64,000 nucleotides of DNA from assembly GCA_937902625.1 (NCBI GenBank), contig CALELX010000169.1, positions 1,829 to 65,828 of the forward strand. Direction: 5' to 3'. Within the stretch, counting starts at the first letter, position 1, and each line of letters starts with the position of its first letter. The DNA is from an uncultured Lachnospira sp. (lineage in GTDB: Bacteria > Bacillota > Clostridia > Lachnospirales > Lachnospiraceae). Position numbers and translations under genes: made by a program. Below the pieces are notes generated by a model. It was given only the letters and a program-made list of their open reading frames with translations, did not search any database and was not told the origin of the DNA. Positions 20,152-31,060 of the stretch are shown here, in pieces.

Positions 20152-22879
20152 ATTCTGTTATTCCAGTAACCTTATAATCCTGTTCCTCAACAGCCTTTTT
20201 AAGAACATCATCTGAAACATCTGCTGTAAGTGTAACTACTGCAGTTCCTTTCTCATGGCTTACTACTGCCTCGCTTACGCCTTCAACTGCCTCTAAAGCC
20301 TTCTTGACTCTTGCCTCGCAGTGTCCACACATCATACCTTCAATATTCATTGTCTTTGTCATAATAATTACCTCTTTCTTTTCATTTTTATCTTTATCAG
20401 ATATATTATTTATATCGCCGTTACCAGCTATAACATTGGTGCCGTTAACACCAGTATTACCACTACTATCTGCGGAATGTGCCTGTATTACAAGCCCTTT
20501 ACGCAATGCTGTCCTCTTATATCCTGCATCTCTTGATGTATCATACACCTTTACAAGATTAAGTCTTAGCGCATTCGTTACTACGCAGAAGCTTGAAAGG
20601 CTCATCGCTGCTGCACCAAACATAGGATTCATCTGCCATCCAAGAAGATGTATCCACGCTCCAGCTGCAAGCGGAATTCCTATTATGTTATATATAAATG
20701 CCCAGAACAGGTTCTCATGTATATTTCTTATAGTTCTGTGACTAAGCCTTATAGCTGCAGCTACATCGCTTAATCTGCTCTTCATAAGTACAACGTCTGC
20801 AGCATCTATAGCCACATCTGTTCCGGCTCCTATTGCTATACCTATATCAGCGGCTGTAAGTGCAGGCGCATCGTTGATACCATCCCCAACCATAATAACC
20901 TTGCCCTTCTGCTTTAGCCTTCGTATTTCCTTTTCCTTTCCATCTGGCAGTACTCCGGCTATAACCTCATCAACTCCGGCTATCTTACCTATAGCATTGG
21001 CACTCTTTTCATTATCACCTGTTATCATAACAACATAAAGTCCCATGTCTTTAAGCTGCTTAATAGCATCCGGACTGTCTTTCTTAATCGTATCTGCTAC
21101 TGCTATTATCCCAAGGAATTCCTTATCAGTAGCGAAAAACATAGGTGTCTTTCCGTCTTCTGACAAATGCTCTGATATACTTAACATATCAGCTGGAATA
21201 TCAGTTATCTCACTTATATAACGTGCATTTCCACCATAGATTTTAAGTTCATCTGATGTCTTTATACCCTCTCCCGGTATATCAGTGTTATATACTGCCT
21301 GTCCGAAAAGTCCATTTCCAGCCACTGCTTTTGAATCTGTTATTGTCAGGATTGCTGAATAATTCGTTTTTTCTGAACTATCAGCACTTTCATAATTAAC
21401 TATGGCCTTTGCAAGTGGATGCTCACTTCTTGCCTCTAACAGCCTTGCAATAGAAACAAGCTTGTTATCTGATATACCTGATGCAGGATATATATCAGTA
21501 ACAACAGGTTCACCCTTTGTTATTGTGCCAGTTTTATCAAGGGCTACAATCTGCATTTTTCCAGTCTGTTCAAGTGATATGGCGGTCTTAAACATAATAC
21601 CATTCTTAGCTCCGACACCATTACCAACCATAATGGCAACCGGTGTTGCAAGTCCAAGTGCACAAGGGCAGCTTATTACCAGAACTGATATTCCTCTTGC
21701 AAGCGCAAAACCTGCACTTTGTCCTGCAATAAGCCATATTACTATAGTCGCAAGTGCTATTGCTATAACAGCAGGTACAAACACACCTGATACCTTATCT
21801 GCAATCTTTGCAATAGGGGCTTTGGTTGCTGCTGCATCACTTACCATCTGGATTATCTGTGAAAGCGTTGTATCTTCACCAACTCTTGTAGCCCGGCACT
21901 TAAGATAACCTGATGTGTTAAGTGTTGCCGCTGATACTGTATCTGCGACAGTCTTGTCAACCGGTATGCTCTCTCCTGTAAGTGCCGACTCATTGACAGC
22001 GCTGCTTCCTTCTAGTACTTCACCATCTACAGGTATATTTTCACCTGGTTTTACTACAAATATATCTCCCTTTGATACCTGCTCAATAGGAACTTTCTTT
22101 TCCGTTCCATCTATAACCAATGTTGCTGTTGTTGCAGCAAGCTTCATAAGACTTTTTAATGCATCGGTTGTTTTACCCTTTGAATGTGCTTCAAGCATTT
22201 TTCCTATTGTTATAAGGGTAAGTATCATAGCTGCCGATTCGAAATAGAACTCATGCATATAATGCATAACCCCGTCCATATCCATACGCACCTGGGCATC
22301 TGTCATGGCAAATAATGCATATGTGCTGTATATAAATGCAGCTCCTGCACCTAATGCAACAAGTGTGTCCATATTAGGTGAACCATGCAGTACACTCTTT
22401 ATACCGCTTATGAAAAATCTCTGGTTTATAACCATGATTATGATTGTGAGTAACATCTGGATAAGTCCCATGGCTATATGGTTGTTTTCTAACACCTTCG
22501 GAACTGGCCAGCCCCACATCATGTGTCCCATACTAAAGTACATAAGTATGAGTAAAAATACTAATGATGCTACAAGTCTTTTAGCCAATAATGGGGTTGT
22601 CGTGTCCTTAAGTGACTCCTCAAGTCCTGATATAACTGAATTACCACCGCTGCCTTTTCCACTGGAGTTCTTACCGCCGTTATCCTTTGCAGATGCACCA
22701 TACCCAGCATCAACTACTGCCTTTATAACATCTGCATCTGATGCTGTTCCTTCCACTCCCATGGAATTGGTAAGCAGACTGACTGAACAACTTGTAACAC
22801 CATCCACTTTAGACACAGCCTTTTCGACTCTTGCCTGGCACGCTGCACATGTCATTCCTGTAACGTTATATTGTTTCAT
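20150..22879 (-). CDS. copA: Copper-translocating P1B-type ATPase with N- and C-terminal HMA domains
   Basis: GMTCAAC, TGES, CPCALGLATP, DKTGT, HP, GDGINDAP, YN and MSLSS Cu(I) ligands, C-terminal GMMCGHC. Confidence 0.95.
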   Translation of the reverse strand: MKQYNVTGMTCAACQARVEKAVSKVDGVTSCSVSLLTNSMGVEGTASDADVIKAVVDAGYGASAKDNGGKNSSGKGSGGNSVISGLEESLKDTTTPLLAKRLVASLVFLLILMYFSMGHMMWGWPVPKVLENNHIAMGLIQMLLTIIIMVINQRFFISGIKSVLHGSPNMDTLVALGAGAAFIYSTYALFAMTDAQVRMDMDGVMHYMHEFYFESAAMILTLITIGKMLEAHSKGKTTDALKSLMKLAATTATLVIDGTEKKVPIEQVSKGDIFVVKPGENIPVDGEVLEGSSAVNESALTGESIPVDKTVADTVSAATLNTSGYLKCRATRVGEDTTLSQIIQMVSDAAATKAPIAKIADKVSGVFVPAVIAIALATIVIWLIAGQSAGFALARGISVLVISCPCALGLATPVAIMVGNGVGAKNGIMFKTAISLEQTGKMQIVALDKTGTITKGEPVVTDIYPASGISDNKLVSIARLLEARSEHPLAKAIVNYESADSSEKTNYSAILTITDSKAVAGNGLFGQAVYNTDIPGEGIKTSDELKIYGGNARYISEITDIPADMLSISEHLSEDGKTPMFFATDKEFLGIIAVADTIKKDSPDAIKQLKDMGLYVVMITGDNEKSANAIGKIAGVDEVIAGVLPDGKEKEIRRLKQKGKVIMVGDGINDAPALTAADIGIAIGAGTDVAIDAADVVLMKSRLSDVAAAIRLSHRTIRNIHENLFWAFIYNIIGIPLAAGAWIHLLGWQMNPMFGAAAMSLSSFCVVTNALRLNLVKVYDTSRDAGYKRTALRKGLVIQAHSADSSGNTGVNGTNVIAGNGDINNISDKDKNEKKEVIIMTKTMNIEGMMCGHCEARVKKALEAVEGVSEAVVSHEKGTAVVTLTADVSDDVLKKAVEEQDYKVTGITE

Positions 22880-22932
22880 GTCTGTTTCCTTTCCTTTTTA
22901 TTTTACGTTAAATATTCATTATCATTTTATGA

Positions 22933-23295
22933 TCATGCATTCTTTATATCTACCACCTTAAAGTCAAGTCTTTCTATGGTTCGTCTGATTGTATCATCAT
23001 CTACTGGCTTATCCATCTTTATAGTGGCAATCTTCTTTTTAAGATTAACTTCACACGAAGCTCCATCTATTCTGTTTATCTGATGTTCAATACTGTTCCT
23101 GCAGTTCTCACAGTGCATTCCTTCTATAGTTACTATCTTTGTTGCTATAATATCGCCCGTAAGCACTTTCTTATCTTCCTTGACTGAACCACCGCCACCG
23201 CAGCAGCCACCTTCGCCTTTTCCATGTTTTATACCACTTTTTACTGCAAATATAACTACTATCACAAGTACTACTAATATAACCGCTGTTCCCAT
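22933..23295 (-). CDS. Membrane-anchored heavy-metal-associated (CopZ-like) protein
   Basis: N-terminal TM helix, GGCCGG motif, GMHCENC HMA motif; AGAGGT SD favours ATG 23295. Confidence 0.85.
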   Translation of the reverse strand: MGTAVILVVLVIVVIFAVKSGIKHGKGEGGCCGGGGSVKEDKKVLTGDIIATKIVTIEGMHCENCRNSIEHQINRIDGASCEVNLKKKIATIKMDKPVDDDTIRRTIERLDFKVVDIKNA

Positions 23296-23400
23296 ATTCA
23301 TACCTCTTTTCTGTAATCCTCTAACACCTCTGACTCCCATAACAAAGCAGTATTCCCAGCTTTTTTATTCCGTTTTTGGTGTTAGGCGGAGCATAAAATA

Positions 23401-23706
23401 TTACTTCATAAACTTCTGCAAGGTCATAACAAGCTCATCAACTACCTCATCATCACCATTTTTAATATCATCAACCACACAGGTTTTTATATGATTGGCT
23501 AATAGCGCCTTATCAAATGCTGTTAATGCTGCGTTGGCTGCTAATGCCTGATTAAGTATATCTATACAGTAGGCATCATTCTCAACCATACCATATATAC
23601 CTCTTATCTGACCTTCAATTCTTTTTAGTCTGTTTAAAAGAAGCTTTTTTTCAGAATCTGTACGCTCCTTTTTCTTCCCACAACAACACATTTTCTCTTC
23701 TGCCAT
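23401..23706 (-). CDS. csoR: Copper-sensing repressor CsoR
   Basis: RLKRIEGQIRGI, YCIDILNQ, HIKTCV; GGAGGT SD at ATG 23706. Confidence 0.92.
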   Translation of the reverse strand: MAEEKMCCCGKKKERTDSEKKLLLNRLKRIEGQIRGIYGMVENDAYCIDILNQALAANAALTAFDKALLANHIKTCVVDDIKNGDDEVVDELVMTLQKFMK

Positions 23707-23802
23707 ACCTCCTGCCTCCATATCCTGCACATGATACATACAATCCACATGTATGCATATGTAAGTGCATCTTTTATAATAGCTATTATTCTTTACACAC
23801 AT

Positions 23803-23831
23803 ACTATATACCCCCATAGGGTATATTGCAA
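23803..23831 (-). promoter_or_regulatory. Sigma-A promoter overlapped by CsoR operator
   Basis: TTGCAA-17-TATAGT on minus strand; palindrome ATATACCC-CCATA-GGGTATAT (23806-23826) of the C/G-tract CsoR type. Confidence 0.85.
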
Positions 23832-24113
23832 GAGGTGATTTTAATATTTATCGGGGATATTTTCTCATTTACGTATATTTATCAGATTATCATTATGTAA
23901 TTGTTAGGGAAATTAATAGATTTTTGCAAAAAATCCCCCACTCGTCAGTGATATTATTCTACCTTTACTATTATCAAGTAAAAGCCGTAGTCCATATCAC
24001 ACATAGCAGGGGATTTACAACGGCTATAAGCACTGCTATAACCATTATATTATTTATTTTATTTGACAGCATTTTATAGAAATATAATTACACTCATTAT
24101 ATCATTTATCTAT

Positions 24114-24983
24114 TCAATCGGGCTCACCGCACTTCCATCCGGCAATATCTGATGGTTCAAATGCGTATTCAAGAGTTTTTCCATATATTCTTTCATATGC
24201 CTCTTTTTTTTGTTCATAATCCTTTTTCATCATGTCAAAGCTGTTATCACGCTCGTTCTTTTCTGGATCAGGATATATAGGCTCTAATATGTGAAGCACA
24301 TACTTAACCTTCTTAAACTCATCTGTATCATCCTTATCGGTATCACGCATCTCAACAAAGCATGATATGATTGGAACATTGAACTTAGCAGCATACAGGT
24401 ATGCACCACGCTTTGGTGGTCTTGGTTTACGGTAATTAAACCACATTTCCTGTTCAGGATATATAAGAATATATTCGTGCTTATTAACTAAAAGATTATT
24501 AAGCGTTCTGTAGAAATGTCTGTTCATATAATCCTTATCCTTGCTTATAGGAATCTCATCAGCATATCTCATAAGAAAGCCTAACAAACCCTTCATGGCA
24601 AAATTCGTATCCTGACTTACTATAAACATTCTATACTTTCCTGCACGCTTTATTCCATGGCGTACAATAGTTGTATCAACGGGATTAAAGTGATTACTTG
24701 TAATTATGGCACCTGTCTTTATATGCTTAATATTGTTAACCCCGATAACCTTTGTCTGTGCATTAGCACCGAGTGTCGCAATATCAACCATACGTCTTGC
24801 AAGCCAGTTGCGGTAATGATATGGAATCTCATTACGCTGTTTTACATACTTTCCTAACAGTTTTTTACGCTCTATATTGTTTAACTCAGGATCACCGATT
24901 TCAACCTTGTCGTTAAAACGTCCACTATCGGCTGCCTCCTTAATATTCTTAATAACCTCTTTCTTGCTGCCACCTATTATCAT
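24114..24983 (-). CDS. PlsC-like (lysophospholipid) acyltransferase
   Basis: NHFNPVD (HX4D), IYPE, KRGA motifs. Confidence 0.85.
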   Translation of the reverse strand: MIIGGSKKEVIKNIKEAADSGRFNDKVEIGDPELNNIERKKLLGKYVKQRNEIPYHYRNWLARRMVDIATLGANAQTKVIGVNNIKHIKTGAIITSNHFNPVDTTIVRHGIKRAGKYRMFIVSQDTNFAMKGLLGFLMRYADEIPISKDKDYMNRHFYRTLNNLLVNKHEYILIYPEQEMWFNYRKPRPPKRGAYLYAAKFNVPIISCFVEMRDTDKDDTDEFKKVKYVLHILEPIYPDPEKNERDNSFDMMKKDYEQKKEAYERIYGKTLEYAFEPSDIAGWKCGEPD

Positions 24984-25948
24984 AATCTTATCTTTTCTCC
25001 ACTTTCAAGTACTTTTCTGAATGTTACTTCCGTATCTGCATTAGTTCCTGCTCTTCTGAAAAGATCCATAAGATGCTCATGGTCAGCTTTCTTCTGCTCA
25101 TCTGTATATGCAGCCTTAAATGCCTTTATCTTATCATAGTAAACTGACTGTTTTGCATATTTCCAAAAGTAATCCTGGTACTGGATATCATCATAGCACC
25201 ATGGCTTATCAAAAAGATTATAGTGGATAATCTTTGGATTCTTTATCTCAGGCTTGTTTCTGTTTGGCATTGCATCCCAGCAGGAATCAAGATACTCTAT
25301 TTTTCCATAACACATAGAGTTAAGATAATCCTGATCTGGCGCAACACAATCAAAATGATACTTATTAAGCAGATAAAGAAAATGCTCTGCAAGCTTAACA
25401 TTTCTTAATTCCTTCATATTCATAAGAAGCATTCCTGAGTTAAAGTAATCACCCAGCTTAAGTCCAAGAGACTCTGTCATGTATCTTTGGAGCTCTGGTA
25501 CATCATTAACTGAACCATCTGTAACAACACCTATAAGATTATTGTGCATATCTGTATCATATAATTCAGATATATCTCCAGGTACTACTATATCACTGTC
25601 AATATATATAGCCTTATCATATTCCGGATACATATCAGGTATAAATATTCTGAAATATATAGTCATAGTGAAATAATCTGAACGGAGTCTGTTTTCTATT
25701 CTGTCTGTTATCATATCAAGACTCTGCTTCATAAACTTGAATTCCATCTCGAAGTTAGGGTGATTCTCTACCAACGCTGCAAGATTCTTTCTGTTCTCCT
25801 CATTAAGCTCCTGGTATACAACTATTATCTTATATTTTCTATCCTTTGAGGCATTTTCTATAAGTGAGATGAGTGCAACATGAAGATATGGTGCATATCC
25901 ATCATCTATAGTGAAAAATATTGGTATTAATTCATCCTTGTTATACAT
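24980..25948 (-). CDS. Glycosyltransferase family 8
   Basis: YIDSD, YFNSGMLLMN, PDQDYLN, IIHY..KPW. Confidence 0.92.
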   Translation of the reverse strand: MYNKDELIPIFFTIDDGYAPYLHVALISLIENASKDRKYKIIVVYQELNEENRKNLAALVENHPNFEMEFKFMKQSLDMITDRIENRLRSDYFTMTIYFRIFIPDMYPEYDKAIYIDSDIVVPGDISELYDTDMHNNLIGVVTDGSVNDVPELQRYMTESLGLKLGDYFNSGMLLMNMKELRNVKLAEHFLYLLNKYHFDCVAPDQDYLNSMCYGKIEYLDSCWDAMPNRNKPEIKNPKIIHYNLFDKPWCYDDIQYQDYFWKYAKQSVYYDKIKAFKAAYTDEQKKADHEHLMDLFRRAGTNADTEVTFRKVLESGEKIRL

Positions 25949-25998
25949 TACAATTCTCCTTTTTCATTTATAATTCATTTTATGTATGCAATATAATA

Positions 25999-26841
25999 TT
26001 ATCTGCCATGTAACATACTTTTTTTAATATCATAATACTTGGCAAACAAGGCTCCATATTCTGATTCTGGTATATGTAACACAGTTGTTACCTCTTTTGT
26101 CTGCCATGGCTTAACAGTTTCAGTTCTTACATATGGAAAGAATCTGAAATGTGTTGTAAAATGCTGGAACACCGTATCTGCATGAAGTCTTCTCTGGTCA
26201 TTATACTTTCTTTTACATATGCGTTTTGACACTGACAGCTTATTAAGCGCCGACTGATCCGGCATAAACATCTGCTTGGTTGTACACATATGGCGGCATT
26301 TACTAAGAAGATGAGTCCGTCTTAGTTCCTTCATATTCATAAGAAGTACTCCTGAGTTAAGATAATCTCTCTTAAATATATTTTTTCTGAAAAACCAGCT
26401 TCCATAATAATCCAACACTCCTGCAAGCTCTACGCCATCCATATTCTGATAATAAAAATCAGAGAAATCCTTCCTGCATATGACATCCGTATCAAGATAT
26501 AATATCCTGTCTGGAATTTCATCCAGCTGGTCTGCAAATAGCCTTAACATACAGCATGGCGTGAATCTTGTTGACAGATTCGCATCCGGTGTTTCTGTCT
26601 TAAAAAGTTCTGTAGTATCTATAAGTCTGATATATAACCTTTCGTCATATCTGGCTGAAACCTCATTATTAAGATAAGCAACGAAAGAATCTTCTATTGG
26701 ACTATAAGTCTTTTCATTCATGGACATATCAAGTGTCAGCACATATATATCAAGATGCTCCTGTGTGCTTTCTAAAAGAGAAAGAATGGCAATAAGCAAT
26801 CCATCCTGGACATTTCTGTCTCCACAAAATAATATATTCAT
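25999..26841 (-). CDS. Glycosyltransferase family 8
   Basis: YLDTD, YLNSGVLLMN, PDQSALN, KPW. Confidence 0.9.
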   Translation of the reverse strand: MNILFCGDRNVQDGLLIAILSLLESTQEHLDIYVLTLDMSMNEKTYSPIEDSFVAYLNNEVSARYDERLYIRLIDTTELFKTETPDANLSTRFTPCCMLRLFADQLDEIPDRILYLDTDVICRKDFSDFYYQNMDGVELAGVLDYYGSWFFRKNIFKRDYLNSGVLLMNMKELRRTHLLSKCRHMCTTKQMFMPDQSALNKLSVSKRICKRKYNDQRRLHADTVFQHFTTHFRFFPYVRTETVKPWQTKEVTTVLHIPESEYGALFAKYYDIKKSMLHGR

Positions 26842-26947
26842 CGGGTTGTTAATCTCCTGTATTACATCATTTATATTTTATCTATTCTGTACTCTGATAA
26901 TGCATGATATCAATCCTTAACGCAGTCTTACATGGACTTTTTATTAA

Positions 26948-27766
26948 TCAATCAACATGAGTGGCTTTACATTCACAACATTCATAATGTATATATTCAT
27001 AGTCGCTATTCCTGCTGCGCATGCTCATAGTTTCATATACCTTATCATGAAGCAGCTGCTGATTATCCTTCACTGAAAGATTATCATCTGTATAATACGG
27101 CCCATCTATGTATACATTAATCTTAGGTCTTTTACAGATTATACCAAACAGCTTACGTTTTGTGTACGTCGTTGTCATAACATACACAGGTGCTTTTAAC
27201 TCCGCAGGAAATCTGAACGATGTTTTCTCAAACGTTCTTATCCCCGTGTAATATGGCCAGACATGTGCTTCCGGATATATAACCACTGGATGTCCTTGTG
27301 CTATACGCTCCTTATATGCTCTTGCAAACTTCTTATATTCACTTATAGAATCAGGTACTGGAAGTGCGCCTAACATAGGAAGCAGTTTTCCAATAACAGG
27401 TATTCCATAATTAGCCTGACTCACTATGACATATACTCTTTTAGCAGTACAAGAAAGGGCTGGAATAACTACATCACCAACTGGCTGTGTATGATTGGCA
27501 TATATAAAATAGCCTTTATCCCTGCACTCTTTTAACAACCTTTTGTTTTTATAACTTATTCCCCAGAATAATCTGCATCCAGCATATCCAACAATAACAG
27601 CAATTCCATATATAATATGTGAACCTATTCTGTGAAATATATTATTATTAATCCACTTATAATCCTTATCCAGCTTATAATTCTGGTTGCTGCTTTGAAC
27701 AACATCTTCTGCATAAGTACTATAATATATTGTTTTATGAGAATCAGTTTTTTTATTACCTGACAT
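26948..27766 (-). CDS. PlsC-like acyltransferase
   Basis: NHTQPVGD, IYPEAH; AGGAG SD favours ATG 27766. Confidence 0.82.
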   Translation of the reverse strand: MSGNKKTDSHKTIYYSTYAEDVVQSSNQNYKLDKDYKWINNNIFHRIGSHIIYGIAVIVGYAGCRLFWGISYKNKRLLKECRDKGYFIYANHTQPVGDVVIPALSCTAKRVYVIVSQANYGIPVIGKLLPMLGALPVPDSISEYKKFARAYKERIAQGHPVVIYPEAHVWPYYTGIRTFEKTSFRFPAELKAPVYVMTTTYTKRKLFGIICKRPKINVYIDGPYYTDDNLSVKDNQQLLHDKVYETMSMRSRNSDYEYIHYECCECKATHVD

Positions 27767-27991
27767 TATCACGCTCCTGTACACACATATATGGCGGCAA
27801 TTACAAATATCATGCCTGATAATATATACTGCAGCCCTTCTTACAGGTACCTGAAACATAAGAAAAGCTACAATTTTGTAGTATTGTAACCCTATGTATA
27901 ACATTTGTCAACAGTAAGTAGTATTAATATTACAAAATGTAGCTTTTATAATGTGATATATAGTTTTAAAAACTATATAATGTTGTATGAT

Positions 27992-28930
27992 TTATACATT
28001 ATTTTCAATCCACTCATACAGGTCTTCAAATACTTCCTGACGGTTAGTCTCACTATGAAGCTCATGTCTGTCATCTTCGTATAATCTGAGTTCAACATTA
28101 TCAACATACTTCGTATACAGCTTAAATACCTTTTTAACAGCCTTTCCATAATCTCCAACAGGATCATCTTCTCCTGATGCAAAAAGCACTGGCAACTCTT
28201 TTGGTGTTTCTGCTATATTCTTTTCATTTATATCATATTTGATAACATTTAGAAAACCTATATATCCGTTGGCAGTAAACATGTACGAACACTTAGGGTC
28301 AGACAGATAGCCATCAACAATTTCTGTATCTTTAGTAAGCCAGTCATTACTTGTTCGATTATCTTTGATTCTTTTATTATAAGCACCAAACATTATCTTA
28401 TTAAGCAGCTTACTTCTATATCTGTCCCCATGTATAAGCTTAGCCGCATGTGCAAGCTTAAGACCAGTATTAACAACTATCTTAGGCTGGTTGCCTGTTC
28501 CAAGGAATATGACACCATCCAGCTCATCGCCATATATGCATGCATATTTTCTTGCCATAAACGAGCCCATACTATGACCTATAAGAATATATGGAATATC
28601 TGGATATGTCTTTTTCATGATGCGGGTAAGTCTGTGCATGTCTTTGATAAGATAATCTGCGCCATGGTTTCCCTTTGCAAAATATCCATAATCTTCTTCA
28701 CTGTTTACAGAATCACCATGCCCAAGATGGTCATTGCCTGCCACTACAAAGCCTTTATCAGCAAAAAACTCTGCCATATTATCAAATCTTTCTATATGGT
28801 CTATCATCCCATGTGCTATCTGGATAACACCTACCGGCTTACTATATTCATCACTGTCAGGATACCATATAATAGTGTGTATATTACATATTCCGCTTGA
28901 TGACGGAAAAATTCTCTCTTCTCTTTCCAT
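27992..28930 (-). CDS. Alpha/beta hydrolase (lysophospholipase-like)
   Basis: HGM, DHLGHG, GHSMG nucleophile, DPVG, RHELHSE; start at MEREE inferred from SD. Confidence 0.9.
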   Translation of the reverse strand: MEREERIFPSSSGICNIHTIIWYPDSDEYSKPVGVIQIAHGMIDHIERFDNMAEFFADKGFVVAGNDHLGHGDSVNSEEDYGYFAKGNHGADYLIKDMHRLTRIMKKTYPDIPYILIGHSMGSFMARKYACIYGDELDGVIFLGTGNQPKIVVNTGLKLAHAAKLIHGDRYRSKLLNKIMFGAYNKRIKDNRTSNDWLTKDTEIVDGYLSDPKCSYMFTANGYIGFLNVIKYDINEKNIAETPKELPVLFASGEDDPVGDYGKAVKKVFKLYTKYVDNVELRLYEDDRHELHSETNRQEVFEDLYEWIENNV

Positions 28931-29006
28931 ACATATCACTTCCTTAATCTTATAATTCACTGTTTTATGATACAGGTATCAAAAACCTCAAATACAATTA
29001 TATGCA

Positions 29007-30356
29007 TTAATCTCTATGAAGTCTGTCAACATAATCTCTTTTAGTAACCAGGCTCTTATAGGCTGGACGTATGATCTTGTCTGTAGTAACAAGTTCTTCT
29101 ATCCTATGTGCACTCCAGCCTACTATTCTTGCGATAGCAAACAAAGGTGTATAAAGTTCTCTTGGAATATCAAGCATATCATACACAAAACCACTGTAGA
29201 AATCGACATTAGGACTTACACCTTTAAATATCTTTCTCTCTTTTGCGATAAGCATAGGTGCTATCTTTTCTATGTTATTATAAAGCGCCATATCCTCAGT
29301 CTTACCCTTCGCCTCTGCTAGCTGCTCAACGAATCCTTTAAACACTTTCTCTCTTGGGTCAGACAACGAATATACGGCATGACCCATACCATATATAAGT
29401 CCCTTCTTATCAAATGCTTCTTTATTAAGAATCTTATCAAGATAGTGTTCTATCTCTTCCTCATCATGATAATCGCTTATATGTGCCCTTATGTCATCCA
29501 TCATATTCATAACCATAAGATTGGCTCCACCATGTTTTCTGCCCTTAAGTGATGACATAGCTGCTGCTATGGCAGAATATGTATCTGAACCAGATGATGT
29601 AACTACTCTTGTTGTAAATGATGAGTTATTACCACCACCATGTTCCATATGAAGAAGAAGTGCTATATCAAGTACATGTGTCTCAAGTGATGTGTACTTC
29701 ATATCCGGTCTTAACATTCTAAGAAAATTCTCTGCAAGCGAAAGTTCTTTGTCTGGCCTGTGAATGTACATGCTTTCATCTCTTTCATAGTGATTGTATG
29801 CATGATATCCATACACTGCCAGCATTGGAAACGTACTTATAAGCTGTATGCTCTGTCTTAAGACATTCTCTATGCTTAAGTCATCTTTCTTAGGATCATA
29901 TGATGCAAGAGTAAGAATACTCCTTGTCATTGAATTCATAATATCTGCCGTAGGAGCTTTCATAATAACGTCTCTTGTAAAGTTAGTTGGAAGTTCCATA
30001 CAGTCAGCTATTATATGTCTGAACTCATCAAGCTGTGCTGCATCTGGAAGCTCACCAAACAATAAAAGATATGCTGCTTCCTCAAATATGAATCTTTTAT
30101 CACCAGCGCCCTTAACTAACTGTGTAACATCATAACCTCTGTATAACAGCTCACCATCACAAGGTATCTTCTCTCCATCAACTATATCAAAAGCCCTCAC
30201 GCTTGATATGTTAGTAAGTCCTGTAAGAACACCCTGTCCGTTCTCATCTCTTAAGCCCTTCTTGACGCCATAATCTGCATATAAAGCCTTAGGTATACTG
30301 TCGTTTTCCACGCACATATCCGACTGTTTCTTAGCATAATCATTAATGCTGCCCAT
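29007..30356 (-). CDS. Citrate synthase family protein
   Basis: LHMEHGGGNNS, HGGAN, YGMGHAVY...DPR, NVDFYSG; start 30356 or 30386. Confidence 0.92.
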   Translation of the reverse strand: MGSINDYAKKQSDMCVENDSIPKALYADYGVKKGLRDENGQGVLTGLTNISSVRAFDIVDGEKIPCDGELLYRGYDVTQLVKGAGDKRFIFEEAAYLLLFGELPDAAQLDEFRHIIADCMELPTNFTRDVIMKAPTADIMNSMTRSILTLASYDPKKDDLSIENVLRQSIQLISTFPMLAVYGYHAYNHYERDESMYIHRPDKELSLAENFLRMLRPDMKYTSLETHVLDIALLLHMEHGGGNNSSFTTRVVTSSGSDTYSAIAAAMSSLKGRKHGGANLMVMNMMDDIRAHISDYHDEEEIEHYLDKILNKEAFDKKGLIYGMGHAVYSLSDPREKVFKGFVEQLAEAKGKTEDMALYNNIEKIAPMLIAKERKIFKGVSPNVDFYSGFVYDMLDIPRELYTPLFAIARIVGWSAHRIEELVTTDKIIRPAYKSLVTKRDYVDRLHRD

Positions 30357-30443
30357 TGTTAAGTTCCACCTTTCCATCATAAACATTCCTTCCTGTCAAA
30401 CCACATCACTAATGCCGCTACTTATAAGCATTATCACCAACAG

Positions 30444-30872
30444 TTACTTCAGTTTTCCATCAACATTATTATTCATTCTATGAATAACCTCTCTAAATAT
30501 ATGCAGCTCATCTTCTGATATCCCCTTCAGTAAAATATCTCTGCAGCTTTCATAAGCATCATTCACCCTGTCTATCACCTTATATGAATCCTCTGTAAGG
30601 GCAATACGCATAACCCTATGGTCTTTCTTATCCTCCGTCATCCTTATAAGACCTTTTTCTAACAGATGTTCTAAAGACTTGGATATATGTGACTTGGATA
30701 TATGTCTTCTTTGCATAATATCCTTTGCCGTAGTTAAGTTCTCTCTTGTTATGAACTCCAGTATATCAAGCTCAGCAGGCTTTAATCCGTATTCCTCCAT
30801 AATAGGTTCAACATACTTTGTTATCAGCTTTCTAAGCTGTACGCCGGATGTTATCAGGTCATATGCATCCAT
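30444..30872 (-). CDS. MarR family regulator
   Basis: wHTH SKSHISKSLEHLLEKGLI...DHRVMRIALT. Confidence 0.9.
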   Translation of the reverse strand: MDAYDLITSGVQLRKLITKYVEPIMEEYGLKPAELDILEFITRENLTTAKDIMQRRHISKSHISKSLEHLLEKGLIRMTEDKKDHRVMRIALTEDSYKVIDRVNDAYESCRDILLKGISEDELHIFREVIHRMNNNVDGKLK

Positions 30873-30903
30873 AATAATCCTTTCTTTGCAGATATCACAT
30901 ATT

Positions 30904-30955
30904 TAGTTCGTTATGAAACTATTTCCAGTATACATATCCGCACTCTTTCTGTCAA
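30904..30955 (-). promoter_or_regulatory. Sigma-A promoter with downstream palindrome (likely MarR auto-operator)
   Basis: TTGACA (30950-55)-17-TATACT (30927-32); imperfect palindrome TAGTTCG-TTAT-GAAACTA (30904-30921). Confidence 0.65.
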
Positions 30956-30997
30956 TAAAATATATCAAAAGAAAACATAAATTTATAAAATAAAAAT

Positions 30998-31036
30998 AAA
31001 ACGCCATGGAATTATAACAATTATTCCATAGCGTTT
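30998..31036 (-). terminator. Intrinsic terminator after Tp47-domain gene
   Basis: AAACGCCATGGAAT...ATTCCATAGCGTTT stem, followed by T-tract on minus strand. Confidence 0.7.
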
Positions 31037-31060
31037 ATATATTCCGATTATTTCATATAA

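Noticed and set aside
20304..22961. Long + strand ORFs (145-218 aa) opposite copA, and similar antisense ORFs elsewhere (e.g. 18714-19187, 47265-47852)
   Set aside because: Antisense shadows of well-supported genes, with no SD or recognisable domains.
23707..23817. Upstream extension of the csoR ORF to 23817
   Set aside because: It overlaps the promoter/operator. The GGAGGT SD supports ATG 23706.
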